Assembly: GCA_028864975.1 (NCBI GenBank)
Contig: JAGWLG010000026.1
Location: 1-51,956, forward strand
Direction: 5' to 3'
DNA: 51,956 nt
Source of the DNA: Thermoplasmata archaeon
GTDB lineage: Archaea; Thermoplasmatota; Thermoplasmata; Lutacidiplasmatales; UBA184
The notes under the pieces are model-generated. The model ran no database searches, was not told the origin of the DNA, and saw nothing but the letters and a program-made list of their open reading frames with translations. How positions within the stretch are numbered: position 1 is the first letter of the stretch; every line of letters starts with the position of its first letter. Below are positions 1-7,895 of this stretch, piece after piece. The position numbers were made by a program, and so were the translations under genes.

Positions 1-190
1 GAGACGGCGCGGCGGCCGCCGCGAGAGAGCCGACGTGGGGAGGAGAAGGCCCGGGGGTGGGAGCGTTCGGGGGTTCGGGCGCTCGTCTTGGGCTCCGTCA
101 ACTGCATAGCATGTCCTCTGCTTGTCGTCAAGGACCGGCAAAACTGGCCTACGCGGTCCTTGCTAAACAAGAAAGGTATGGGCCGCTATT

Positions 191-1570
191 TCAATCCTCC
201 GAGGAGGGGACCTTCCAGACACCTGAGTCCGCAGGCGGGCGGCTCGGGACGCAGTCCGTGAGCGAGCCCGAGGTCGTCCGCGGACGATCTCGTTCCGCAC
301 GACCTGACGGATCGGAAGGACCTGAGGGTCGACCCGACGGGGTGTCAGCTCGACCCTCTGAAGAGACCGTCCACGTGAGCGGGAGCAAAGCGAGCGAGGG
401 GCGGGCCGCAACGGTGACCGCGAAGGCCGCGAGGAGAAAGTGCTGGAGCCCCCAGTGGAAGAGCAATGCCGCTCCCAGCGGCGCGTCCGGCGATTCGGCC
501 CAGGGAGAACCCGATCCGAGGTAGCCCAAGAGCTCGTTCACGAACCCTCCAAGGCCAAGGTGCACGAGGGCAGGCGGCACACCGATCCCCCACGTGATAC
601 CTGCGGCCAGCAGGAGGATGCGGGCGCCCCCGGTCCCCCACCTGCCAATCCACGCACGGAGGCTTCGGGCTCCGTCGAGGAAGAGCTCTTGAGGAAAGAG
701 CCCGGCCCCGATCGCGAGAAGGGCCAGGAGCTGATGCTCGAAGATCCAGTGGTACCACAGGGCTGAAGACGCCGTTAGGGGCGACGTGGTGGTCCACTCC
801 ACGAACATGGAAAGGGACCACGTGATGCCGGCGATGAGGAGCGCGATCCTCAACAGGGTGCCCAGGAGGAACCGCGCGTCCATGGGCGGGGGAGGCGCGT
901 ACCTTGACCCGGGCCGGGGCGTGAGCCCTCGCTCCTGCACCATGAGGCTGATCCAAACAACGACGAGCTCGAACAGGTCGACGTACCAGCTGTTGAGGAC
1001 AAGAGTGCTGAGGTTCGACCCGCTCGCGGCCGCGACGACGGCGAGGCCGGCGGTCCCGACGCAACCGGTGCAGCAGCAGGCGCCGAGCGTCGCGACGCCC
1101 GTGATCGCCGGGCTGACTCCCGCCGCGGTCGACGCCGCGGCCACATGGCGAGACGCGAACCGGCTCGAGAGGAGCGGGAGGAAGAGCAGCAGCGCGGCCG
1201 CGGCACCGATGCCCACGCCGATCGAGACCACGACCATCGTGATCGCCGGGAGATAGGGGAGGACGAGGATCCCTGAGGGCCACTGGACGATCAGGGCGGG
1301 GTAGTCCCAGGCCGGTCCGCTCGGCTGGTTGATCACCGCGAAGGTCCACGACGCCTGGGTCCCGCTACCGTAGAACTCGAGCATCTCCCCGACCAGCATC
1401 GAGACGATGGCGTAGACCCCGGCGATCGCGGCGGCGAGGACGCGGCCTCGGGGCGTTCGCAGAAGCGCGCGGGTGCGCCTCAGCGTCGCCAGGTCGATGA
1501 ACGAGCCGGCGTTGTGGACGAAGCTCACGTCAGGGCTCCCGGGGCTCCGTTGTGGCGGTGCCTCGTACAT
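191..1570 (-). CDS. Multi-pass membrane protein of unknown function with a CCCxxC cysteine cluster
   Basis: 459-aa ORF with about 9-10 hydrophobic segments and a GACCCTGC motif; divergent from the RHH gene; start uncertain. Confidence 0.75.
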   Translation of the reverse strand: MYEAPPQRSPGSPDVSFVHNAGSFIDLATLRRTRALLRTPRGRVLAAAIAGVYAIVSMLVGEMLEFYGSGTQASWTFAVINQPSGPAWDYPALIVQWPSGILVLPYLPAITMVVVSIGVGIGAAAALLLFLPLLSSRFASRHVAAASTAAGVSPAITGVATLGACCCTGCVGTAGLAVVAAASGSNLSTLVLNSWYVDLFELVVVWISLMVQERGLTPRPGSRYAPPPPMDARFLLGTLLRIALLIAGITWSLSMFVEWTTTSPLTASSALWYHWIFEHQLLALLAIGAGLFPQELFLDGARSLRAWIGRWGTGGARILLLAAGITWGIGVPPALVHLGLGGFVNELLGYLGSGSPWAESPDAPLGAALLFHWGLQHFLLAAFAVTVAARPSLALLPLTWTVSSEGRADTPSGRPSGPSDPSGRAERDRPRTTSGSLTDCVPSRPPADSGVWKVPSSED

Positions 1571-1733
1571 ACGGCTTGCTTTCGCGGAAGTTTCCCGCGC
1601 GGGTCGTCCTTCGCACGCGGAGGTCGCGAGTGGAACGAAAGCTTCACCCGGAGGGCGCGCGCGTCTCCCATCGGGATGGACGTCGGAGGGGCGCGCGAGG
1701 GCGTGTTATACGTGCGCTTTTTCAGCGCGGGAC

Positions 1734-1740
1734 TTAAATA
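1734..1740 (+). promoter_or_regulatory. Putative TATA box of the RHH/ftsZ-like unit
   Basis: TTAAATA in an AT-rich patch of a GC-rich genome, 75 bp upstream of ATG 1815. Confidence 0.5.
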
Positions 1741-1759
1741 GGACTTTCGCTCTAAACCG

Positions 1760-1802
1760 TGTCGGACGTGTTCGACAAACCCTCACTGGGTTTGTTCGAC
1801 AA
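1760..1802 (+). promoter_or_regulatory. Candidate operator: TGTTCGACAA direct repeat flanking an inverted repeat
   Basis: TGTTCGACAA at 1769-1778 and 1793-1802; ACAAACCC-N5-GGGTTTGT at 1775-1795; degenerate TGTCGGAC at 1760-1767. Confidence 0.5.
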
Positions 1803-1814
1803 CCGAGGAAAGCG

Positions 1815-2279
1815 ATGGAGGCGGCGAAGGAAGAGGAACGGGTCGGGGTACGGTGCTCCCGACGCGAGCTCCAATTCCTCGACTCTTTCGTGGTCAGCGG
1901 GGAGTTCCGGACGCGCTCGGAGCTGATCCGAGAGGCGCTCAAGGACTTCCTCGCCCGCCGCGCCCGCGAAGTACCCGAAGCCCCGGCGACCACCCAACCC
2001 CGGACCCACACGGCCCCCGTACAGGGGAACGCGGCGGGCTCCTTCCGACCGGAGGAGCTCGAGCTGCTGACCGAGTACGCGGAGCTCGTGCTGAACGGTG
2101 CCTCCGTAGGGGACGCCCTTGCCGCCATCGTGCGGCAGGGGATCCCGATGGAGAAGGTCCGGACGGTGGTCGCCGAGCAGCGGGCGCTCGTGCGCGACTC
2201 GGCCGAACGACGGACCAAGGTGGAGAACGCCGGGCGAACCTCGCAGGAGCTCGAGCGTCAGGGATACCTGGGTCCGTAG
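1815..2279 (+). CDS. Ribbon-helix-helix (CopG/CdrS-like) transcriptional regulator, probably tandem RHH
   Basis: ERVGVRCSRRELQFLDSFVVSGEFRTRSELIREALKDFL fits the RHH pattern; a second RHH-like segment is SFRPEELELLTEYAELVLNGASVGDALAAIVRQG. Start moved from 1473 to ATG 1815. Confidence 0.8.
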   Translation: MEAAKEEERVGVRCSRRELQFLDSFVVSGEFRTRSELIREALKDFLARRAREVPEAPATTQPRTHTAPVQGNAAGSFRPEELELLTEYAELVLNGASVGDALAAIVRQGIPMEKVRTVVAEQRALVRDSAERRTKVENAGRTSQELERQGYLGP

Positions 2280-2333
2280 CGAGGAGGAAGGAGGGGGCGA
2301 TGTCGAGCGCACGTCCGGAGTGGGGTGGCCCGA

Positions 2334-3278
2334 ATGAAGGAGTCCGAGGTCCAAGAGCGACAGATCGCCGGTAGCGTGCGCACGAGCCCGCCGGAGGCGG
2401 CATCCGCCGACTTCCGCCTAGGCCGTGAAGCACGGTTCCTCCTGGTCGCCGTGGGCGGGGGCGCGATCCGCGTCGTCCGCTCCGCGGCCCGCCAGGGGAT
2501 GCGTTATGTGGAGACCGTCGCCATCAACGGGGACGACCGGGTCGTCGAGGCGATCGACTTCCACCGCCGCGTGCGCGTCGCCCTCCCCCAGGACGGGTCG
2601 GTCGACGACGCCGGGCTCCCGCTTTGCCAACCTCTCCCGCATCTCCAGGGCGACCTGGACCGCATCTTCGAGGGTTCCACCTTCGTCACGATCGTCGCAA
2701 GCCTCGGCGGAGAAGCGGGGACAGAGGTCCTTCCCTCCGTCCTTGACGCGGCCGCGCGCCACGCGCCCTTCCTCTCGGTCTTCCTGATGAAGCCGTTCGC
2801 CTGCGAGGAGGAGCGCCGCCTTAGGGCCGAGCACGCTCTCGAGGCCGTGAAGGCCCAGGGGGAGTTCGCCCACCGCGTGACCGCGAGCAACGTGACGCTT
2901 CGGGTCCTCGACAACGAGTCCGCCTACCGGACCCAGGCGCGAAGGCCGTTCAACCAGCTCTGCCAGCTCTGGGGCGACGTGATCGCCTCGCACGTCCACG
3001 AGCGCTACGTCCTCCCCGCCGAGTCGGCGTTGGAAGAATACCAGCTCTCGCGCGAGGTGCTGGCGCCGATCAACCGCCCGCCCGAGGGCCCGGTCCCGCC
3101 GACGCCGCTCCCCCCGATCCCGGCCGGGCTCTCCCCCATGCCCGAGGCGCTCCCGGCCATCCCCGTGGTCGCGCGTCTCGAGCCCACCCACGAGATCTCG
3201 TCGGGCCCCGAGCTGGAGATCCACTTCGAGATCGGCGCCGACGCGCCCGCGTCCCCTCCGCGCCCTCATCTCGTGTGA
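2334..3278 (+). CDS. Divergent FtsZ/tubulin-like protein (N-terminal GTPase-like domain only, Pro-rich tail)
   Basis: ARFLLVAVGGGA..ETVAINGD and EGSTFVTIVASLGGEAGTEVLPSV..KPFACEEERRLRAE align by eye with FtsZ VIGVGGGG..FIAVNTD and GADMVFITAGMGGGTGTGAAPV..KPFxFEGxxRxxxA. ATG 2334 has an SD-like GGGGTG upstream; GTG 2325 is an alternative start. Confidence 0.75.
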   Translation: MKESEVQERQIAGSVRTSPPEAASADFRLGREARFLLVAVGGGAIRVVRSAARQGMRYVETVAINGDDRVVEAIDFHRRVRVALPQDGSVDDAGLPLCQPLPHLQGDLDRIFEGSTFVTIVASLGGEAGTEVLPSVLDAAARHAPFLSVFLMKPFACEEERRLRAEHALEAVKAQGEFAHRVTASNVTLRVLDNESAYRTQARRPFNQLCQLWGDVIASHVHERYVLPAESALEEYQLSREVLAPINRPPEGPVPPTPLPPIPAGLSPMPEALPAIPVVARLEPTHEISSGPELEIHFEIGADAPASPPRPHLV

Positions 3279-3372
3279 GACGAAGCGCGGCGGAAAGGCC
3301 GGAGGGAGGCTCGAAACGGGCGCGGCCGCTCTCTCCCCCCGGCTCCTCGTCGGTTGCGGCCATCGACCACGC

Positions 3373-3813
3373 TCACGGGCGGAGCATTCGGAGGAAGGAA
3401 GAGGCTGTCACCGGACGGATGCGCGGTCTTGCCGGGGCCAGTCCGTCGTCATGAGTGATGACGTGGGTCGCCCCATGGGTGATGCCGGTGGCCGCGACGA
3501 TGGCATCGGGAAGGGCGAGCCCGAACTCGGCCCGCAAACTCCCGGCAAGCTCCGCGGTCCTCCGGTCGACGTCCAGGACTCTGAGCCCGCGGGAGCCGTA
3601 GAGTCTTCGGAGGAGGCTGTCCCGGGCCAGCCCGTCGTTCGTCGCATCGTACCCTGCGCAGAGCTCGGCGACGGTCACGACCGAGGTGATCCCGTCGAAC
3701 TCCGCGGCGTCGACACGCCGCAGAACCTCCGATGAGGCCTCCAGGAACACCTCCTCGCGATTGAGGACGTTAAGGAAGATGTTCGTGTCGAGCACCGCGA
3801 CGATCCCACTCAC
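3373..3813 (-). CDS. vapC: PIN-domain toxin (VapC family)
   Basis: [28 protein letters not shown] and VITHD motifs; GTG start with GGAGG upstream. Confidence 0.9.
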   Translation of the reverse strand: MSGIVAVLDTNIFLNVLNREEVFLEASSEVLRRVDAAEFDGITSVVTVAELCAGYDATNDGLARDSLLRRLYGSRGLRVLDVDRRTAELAGSLRAEFGLALPDAIVAATGITHGATHVITHDDGLAPARPRIRPVTASSFLRMLRP

Positions 3814-4039
3814 GGCGGACCCTCCTTTGGAACTCGAGAGAGGACTCCTTCCAGGGTCGGGAGGACAGGAGGGCCTCGACGATGCCTCCCCTGGCCGCCT
3901 TTCTCCCAGTGAACTTGTCCCCTTCGACCTCGAAGACGACCTTGTCCCCCTCCTGGAGGTGCAGGGCCTCCCGGATCTCTTTCGGGAGCGTGATCTGGCC
4001 CTTGCTCGTCAGGGAGCCTACGGCGACCTCCGTCGACAT
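3770..4039 (-). CDS. vapB: AbrB/MazE/SpoVT-family antitoxin
   Basis: [31 protein letters not shown] signature; directly upstream of and overlapping vapC by 44 nt. Start moved to ATG 4039. Confidence 0.9.
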   Translation of the reverse strand: MSTEVAVGSLTSKGQITLPKEIREALHLQEGDKVVFEVEGDKFTGRKAARGGIVEALLSSRPWKESSLEFQRRVRREWDRRGARHEHLP

Positions 4040-4068
4040 TTCCTTTCGAGTGAGTAAGGAATTCCGTG

Positions 4069-4077
4069 CATATAGTC
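4069..4077 (-). promoter_or_regulatory. Putative TATA-like element for vapBC
   Basis: The minus strand reads GAAAGGACTATATG about 30 bp upstream of ATG 4039. The same 9-mer (CATATAGTC) recurs at 4302-4310, about 30 bp before ATG 4338. Confidence 0.4.
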
Positions 4078-4337
4078 CTTTCACGCCTGGGGGGTCTCGA
4101 TCTCCCTCGCCGCATCTCGCCTGAAACGACTCATGGGCCTCGCACGGGGGCCCCCCTGGTCCCCCCAGCCTCTTCACCGCGCGGGGGGTGTTCTTCGCTG
4201 GACCGCGACCGTATGGTCGATGCCGTCGAATGGCAGCTCCCGCAGCGGAGCGGAGAGAGCCCTTCACCCCGTGAGCCCGCCCGGCGCCCCCGCATGAAAG
4301 TCATATAGTCATGTCAGGGTGGCGGACCGTCCGTCCG

Positions 4338-4508
4338 ATGAGCGCGAAGGGGAAGGTCCTGGCCGCCCTGGTCGGGATCGGAGTGCCCGCGGTTCTGCTC
4401 GGGGTCGCTATCGTCTTCTTCTCGTCGAACCCGCTCGCCGTGATCGCCACGATCACAGCGATGATCGGTGGTGGGACCTATCTTCTCTCCTACCAAGAAC
4501 ACGAGTGA
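4338..4508 (+). CDS. Small two-TM membrane protein
   Basis: 56 aa, two hydrophobic helices, GC3-rich codons; GAAAGTCATATAG lies about 30 bp upstream, supporting ATG 4338 over 4311. Confidence 0.7.
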   Translation: MSAKGKVLAALVGIGVPAVLLGVAIVFFSSNPLAVIATITAMIGGGTYLLSYQEHE

Positions 4509-4598
4509 ACGGCTCTTCTCCTCTCGTCATGCGCCTTCCGGCGCACCGTTTCAGCATCTCCCTGGAGGTTCAATAGGCGAGGGCCCTCCCGGACTTGT

Positions 4599-5474
4599 AT
4601 GACAAGTGAGAACCCCTCTCGCATGCTGAGCGTCCCCGGCGGTAAACTCGCCTACGAGGAAGCCGGCAAGGGCGTACCCATCGTCCTGTTGCACGAGGGG
4701 ATCGCCGATCGACGCATGTGGGACCGGGAGTTCGCACAGCTGGCCACCCACCACCGCGTCGTACGCTACGACCTTCGGGGCTTCGGGTCCTCGGGACCCT
4801 CGACCTCGGAGTTCTCCCACGTCGACGACCTCAAGGCGCTCCTTGACCATCTCTCCCTGCACCATCCCCTTCTGGTGGGTCCGAGCGTCGGGGGCCGCAT
4901 CTGCCTGGACTTCGTGATCGCCCACCCGGGCGTGGCGGGCGGGCTCCTTCTCATCGCCCCCGGGTTCTCGGGGATGGACTACCCGATGTTCCCACCGGGG
5001 GTCTTCGACAGGGACGAGACGGAGTCGAAAGCCGCGGCCGGCGCATGGTCCGCGGGGAATCTGGAGGAGGCCTTGGGGCACCTCCGGGTTCTTTGGGGCT
5101 CCGCCCTCACCGGAAAAGAGCTCGAACGATTCCAGCAGATGGTGAGGGAGAACGCCTCCGAGGTCCTGGGGGAGACCACAGGCCAGAAGGAACGGCCCCC
5201 GAAGGTCAAGGCGGCCTCACAGCTCTCGTCCATCCGTCTGCCGGTGCTCGTGCTCGTCGGGGACCACGACAACCCTGCGATGCCGCACGTGGCGAGGTAC
5301 CTCACCGAGCACGTCGAGGGGGCCCGTCTTCGCATCGTGCCCGGGGCCGATCATCTGCTGAACCTGACCGCGCCCGCCGCTTTCGATGCGGCGGTCGAGG
5401 AGATGGTCAAGGAGACCGCTCCCCGAGGGGCACGCGCGGGCCGATCGGCGGTCAAGCGTCGAGCCCCCACGTAA
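4599..5474 (+). CDS. Alpha/beta-fold hydrolase
   Basis: LLHEG, YDLRGFGSS, nucleophile elbow GPSVGG, LVGDHD and GADHLL motifs. Confidence 0.9.
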   Translation: MTSENPSRMLSVPGGKLAYEEAGKGVPIVLLHEGIADRRMWDREFAQLATHHRVVRYDLRGFGSSGPSTSEFSHVDDLKALLDHLSLHHPLLVGPSVGGRICLDFVIAHPGVAGGLLLIAPGFSGMDYPMFPPGVFDRDETESKAAAGAWSAGNLEEALGHLRVLWGSALTGKELERFQQMVRENASEVLGETTGQKERPPKVKAASQLSSIRLPVLVLVGDHDNPAMPHVARYLTEHVEGARLRIVPGADHLLNLTAPAAFDAAVEEMVKETAPRGARAGRSAVKRRAPT

Positions 5475-5507
5475 GACCCCAGGGGCGTGCCGGGGGACCC
5501 GCGGAGC

Positions 5508-5903
5508 TCAGCCTCCCCCCCAGTTGCGGACCGCCTCCGCCAGCGCCTGTTCGACCTTGGGATCGTGGCCCGATTCGTCGAGATAGATCGCCATGATGAT
5601 CCCCGCGGGGGAGCGCACCACCTCGGTCCTGCCCCCGCTGTCCTCGATCCTCATTCGGAAGGGGACCGCTCGGCGGATCCCCTCCAGCGCTTTCGTCGCG
5701 AACCCGAGCGCGGTCGCGTACATCGAGCTCAAGTTCTCGGCGTGGACCCCGGGAGGGACCGCGGCGTCGAGCAAGGTCCCATCCGGCCAGATGAGCAGGA
5801 CCGCGGGCACGCCCATCCGATAGCGAAGATGGGCGGCGGCGCCCTGTCCCGACGGGCCGGGGGGAGGGGACGAAGCCGGGGGCGGCGATGAGGCGTCAGC
5901 CAT
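5508..5903 (-). CDS. Roadblock/LC7 (MglB-like) domain protein
   Basis: GVPAVLLIWPDGTLLDA..AENLSSMYATALGFA pattern and size; overlaps the PAC2 stop by 8 nt. Confidence 0.65.
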   Translation of the reverse strand: MADASSPPPASSPPPGPSGQGAAAHLRYRMGVPAVLLIWPDGTLLDAAVPPGVHAENLSSMYATALGFATKALEGIRRAVPFRMRIEDSGGRTEVVRSPAGIIMAIYLDESGHDPKVEQALAEAVRNWGGG

Positions 5904-6756
5904 ACATGGAGGGCTCCGAACTGGGGCCTATCTCGGACCCGGCGTCGGGGGGCGTTGGCACCGTCTTGCCCATCTTCATCGCTTCCTTGAGCATCCGCTC
6001 CAAGACTTCCGCCTGCTCTAGCATCGGCTTGGGGTCGAGCGCAAGCCCCGGGACGACACGGTCCAAGATCTCGACGAGGCGGGCGGCCGCGTGGTAGTCC
6101 GGGTAGCCTGGCTGGACCGTCCGGACGAAGACCACGCTCAGGTCACGCTCGATGATCGAGGCCAGGTTCAGCAGCTCGGCGGTGAGCCCACCCACGATCC
6201 CCTCGACGAGGACCGGGACCTTTGCCTTGTCCAAGAGAGGCTCCGAGGCGGGAGTGGCCGCGATCCCCATCACATCCTCCTTCCCCCAGGTCTCGGGACC
6301 GCCGGGACCCACGCCGGGGGAGCCTTGCTCGGGCCCGTCCTGGGGTGCGCCGTCGGGCGCCCGGCCGAGCACTCCTTCCACCACGATGGTCGGGCCGAGC
6401 TCCTTCTTTCGGGCCCAGAGGATGAGCGCTTCGGCGAGGGGGAGCATGAGGGCGGAGGGGGCCGGGAACTCCGACACCGCGACGGCGAGGGTCTTGTTAC
6501 CATGGATGCGGACCGGGGGGTTGGGCCGCTTGTCGAAGATGACGGCCGCGGAGGGAAGGTAGCGGCAGCGGACCGTCGCGATGCGAGGAAGCTTCAGGTG
6601 CCGGATCGCGTGGTGCCCGACGATCGTGCTGGCCAGCCCCGCGCTCGGGAAGCAGACGAGCAGCGGTGTCCCGGGGCCAGGTCCATCCGCGGTCGGTTCG
6701 TCGACGATCACCGGCATCGTCGAAGAGGCTCCCAGGACCAGGTCGTGCGCGCTCAT
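5896..6756 (-). CDS. PAC2-family proteasome assembly chaperone-like protein
   Basis: CFPSAGLASTIVGHH, PNPPVRIH, VSEFP, GIVGGLTAELL and GYPDYHAAARLVE motifs. Start moved to ATG 6756. Confidence 0.85.
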   Translation of the reverse strand: MSAHDLVLGASSTMPVIVDEPTADGPGPGTPLLVCFPSAGLASTIVGHHAIRHLKLPRIATVRCRYLPSAAVIFDKRPNPPVRIHGNKTLAVAVSEFPAPSALMLPLAEALILWARKKELGPTIVVEGVLGRAPDGAPQDGPEQGSPGVGPGGPETWGKEDVMGIAATPASEPLLDKAKVPVLVEGIVGGLTAELLNLASIIERDLSVVFVRTVQPGYPDYHAAARLVEILDRVVPGLALDPKPMLEQAEVLERMLKEAMKMGKTVPTPPDAGSEIGPSSEPSMYG

Positions 6757-6879
6757 CCGTCCGGGGGAAGCCCTGCAGGGGGTCAACGTTTCCGTTCACA
6801 AGGTTCGAGCTCCGGGGGAGGCGCGACGGCGTTCGGTCCCGGGCCCAAGGGCTTTGTGGTCGCTCCGATGCTGGAGGCC

Positions 6880-7887
6880 GTGGGCGTCAAGCTGCGCGAC
6901 CTTGTGCATCCGGGCAAGCTCCACCTCTCCGAGCTCAAGGGGAGGCGGGTCGCGCTCGACGCCTACAACATGCTCTACCAGTTCTTGGCCACGATCCGTC
7001 AAGCGGATGGCCATCCCTTCACCGACGCTGAGGGTCGGGTCACGAGCCATCTGGTGGGGGTCCTCTATCGCACGGCCTCGATGCTCGAGCGGGGGGTCCT
7101 TCCGGTCTGGGTTTTCGATGGGAAGCCCTCCGACCTCAAGTCGTCGACCCTTCGCGCCCGCGCCATGGTGAAGGAGAAGGCGCAGCGGGCGTGGAACGAG
7201 GCGCTCGCGGCGGGGGACCTCGAGACGGCCCGGAAGAAAGCGGCCCAAACGAGCCGCCTTACCCGGGAAATGGTCGCTGATGCCCAGGCCGTCCTCTCGG
7301 CGATGGGCACCCCGTGGGTCCAAGCCCCGTCGGAAGGGGAGGCCCAGGCGGCCTTCATGGCCGAGAAGGGGGACGTGTGGGCCGCCGCCAGCGAGGACTA
7401 CGACACCTTGCTCTTTGGCGCGCCACGGCTCCTTCGGGGACTGGGTTCGGCCCGCAGCGCGAGCAGGGGTGACGATGCCGAGGTGGAGTTCTTGGAAGTG
7501 GGCAAGGTGACCCAGGAGCTGGGGATCTCTCGGGAGGAGCTCATCCTCATCGGGGTCCTCATTGGGACGGACTTCAACGAGGGGGTCCCCGGCATCGGGC
7601 CCAAGAAGGCGATGAAGCTGGTTGCCGAGCACCAGGGGTGGGAGGCCACGCTCCAGAAGGCGGGTGTCGACCCGACGGGGCTTGACCCCGTCCGCGACCT
7701 CTTCCTACATCCCGCCACGACCGAAGACTACCACCTGCAATGGAAGGCGCCCGACACGGCGAAAGTCCTGGAGCTGCTGGTGACCGGCCACGGCTTCGGT
7801 GCCGATCGGGTCCAGAAAGTGCTTGACCGGTTGCCGAAGAGCGCGCCCTCTTCGGGGGTCCAGACGTCGCTCGAGGCCTTCGGATAG
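6880..7887 (+). CDS. fen1: Flap endonuclease 1
   Basis: MGVKL start, DAYNMLYQFLATIR, VFDGKP, APSEGEAQAA, SEDYDTLLFGAP, GTDFNEGVPGIGPKKA and a C-terminal PIP box QTSLEAF. GTG 6880 chosen as start. Confidence 0.97.
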   Translation: MGVKLRDLVHPGKLHLSELKGRRVALDAYNMLYQFLATIRQADGHPFTDAEGRVTSHLVGVLYRTASMLERGVLPVWVFDGKPSDLKSSTLRARAMVKEKAQRAWNEALAAGDLETARKKAAQTSRLTREMVADAQAVLSAMGTPWVQAPSEGEAQAAFMAEKGDVWAAASEDYDTLLFGAPRLLRGLGSARSASRGDDAEVEFLEVGKVTQELGISREELILIGVLIGTDFNEGVPGIGPKKAMKLVAEHQGWEATLQKAGVDPTGLDPVRDLFLHPATTEDYHLQWKAPDTAKVLELLVTGHGFGADRVQKVLDRLPKSAPSSGVQTSLEAFG

Positions 7888-7895
7888 CTCACGGG

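Noticed and set aside
1-107. Possible minus-strand CDS starting at ATG 107 (MQLTEPKTSART...) and running off the left edge
   Set aside because: Only 35 codons are visible, with no recognisable motif; it cannot be supported.
2300-2374. 24-aa ORF with a purine-rich SD-like run, overlapping the ftsZ-like start
   Set aside because: No recognisable features and weak GC3 bias; ATG 2334 has its own SD-like element.
6091-6879. N-terminal 263 aa of the 598-aa ORF containing FEN1
   Set aside because: Antisense shadow of the PAC2 gene; FEN1 homology begins at MGVKL (6880).
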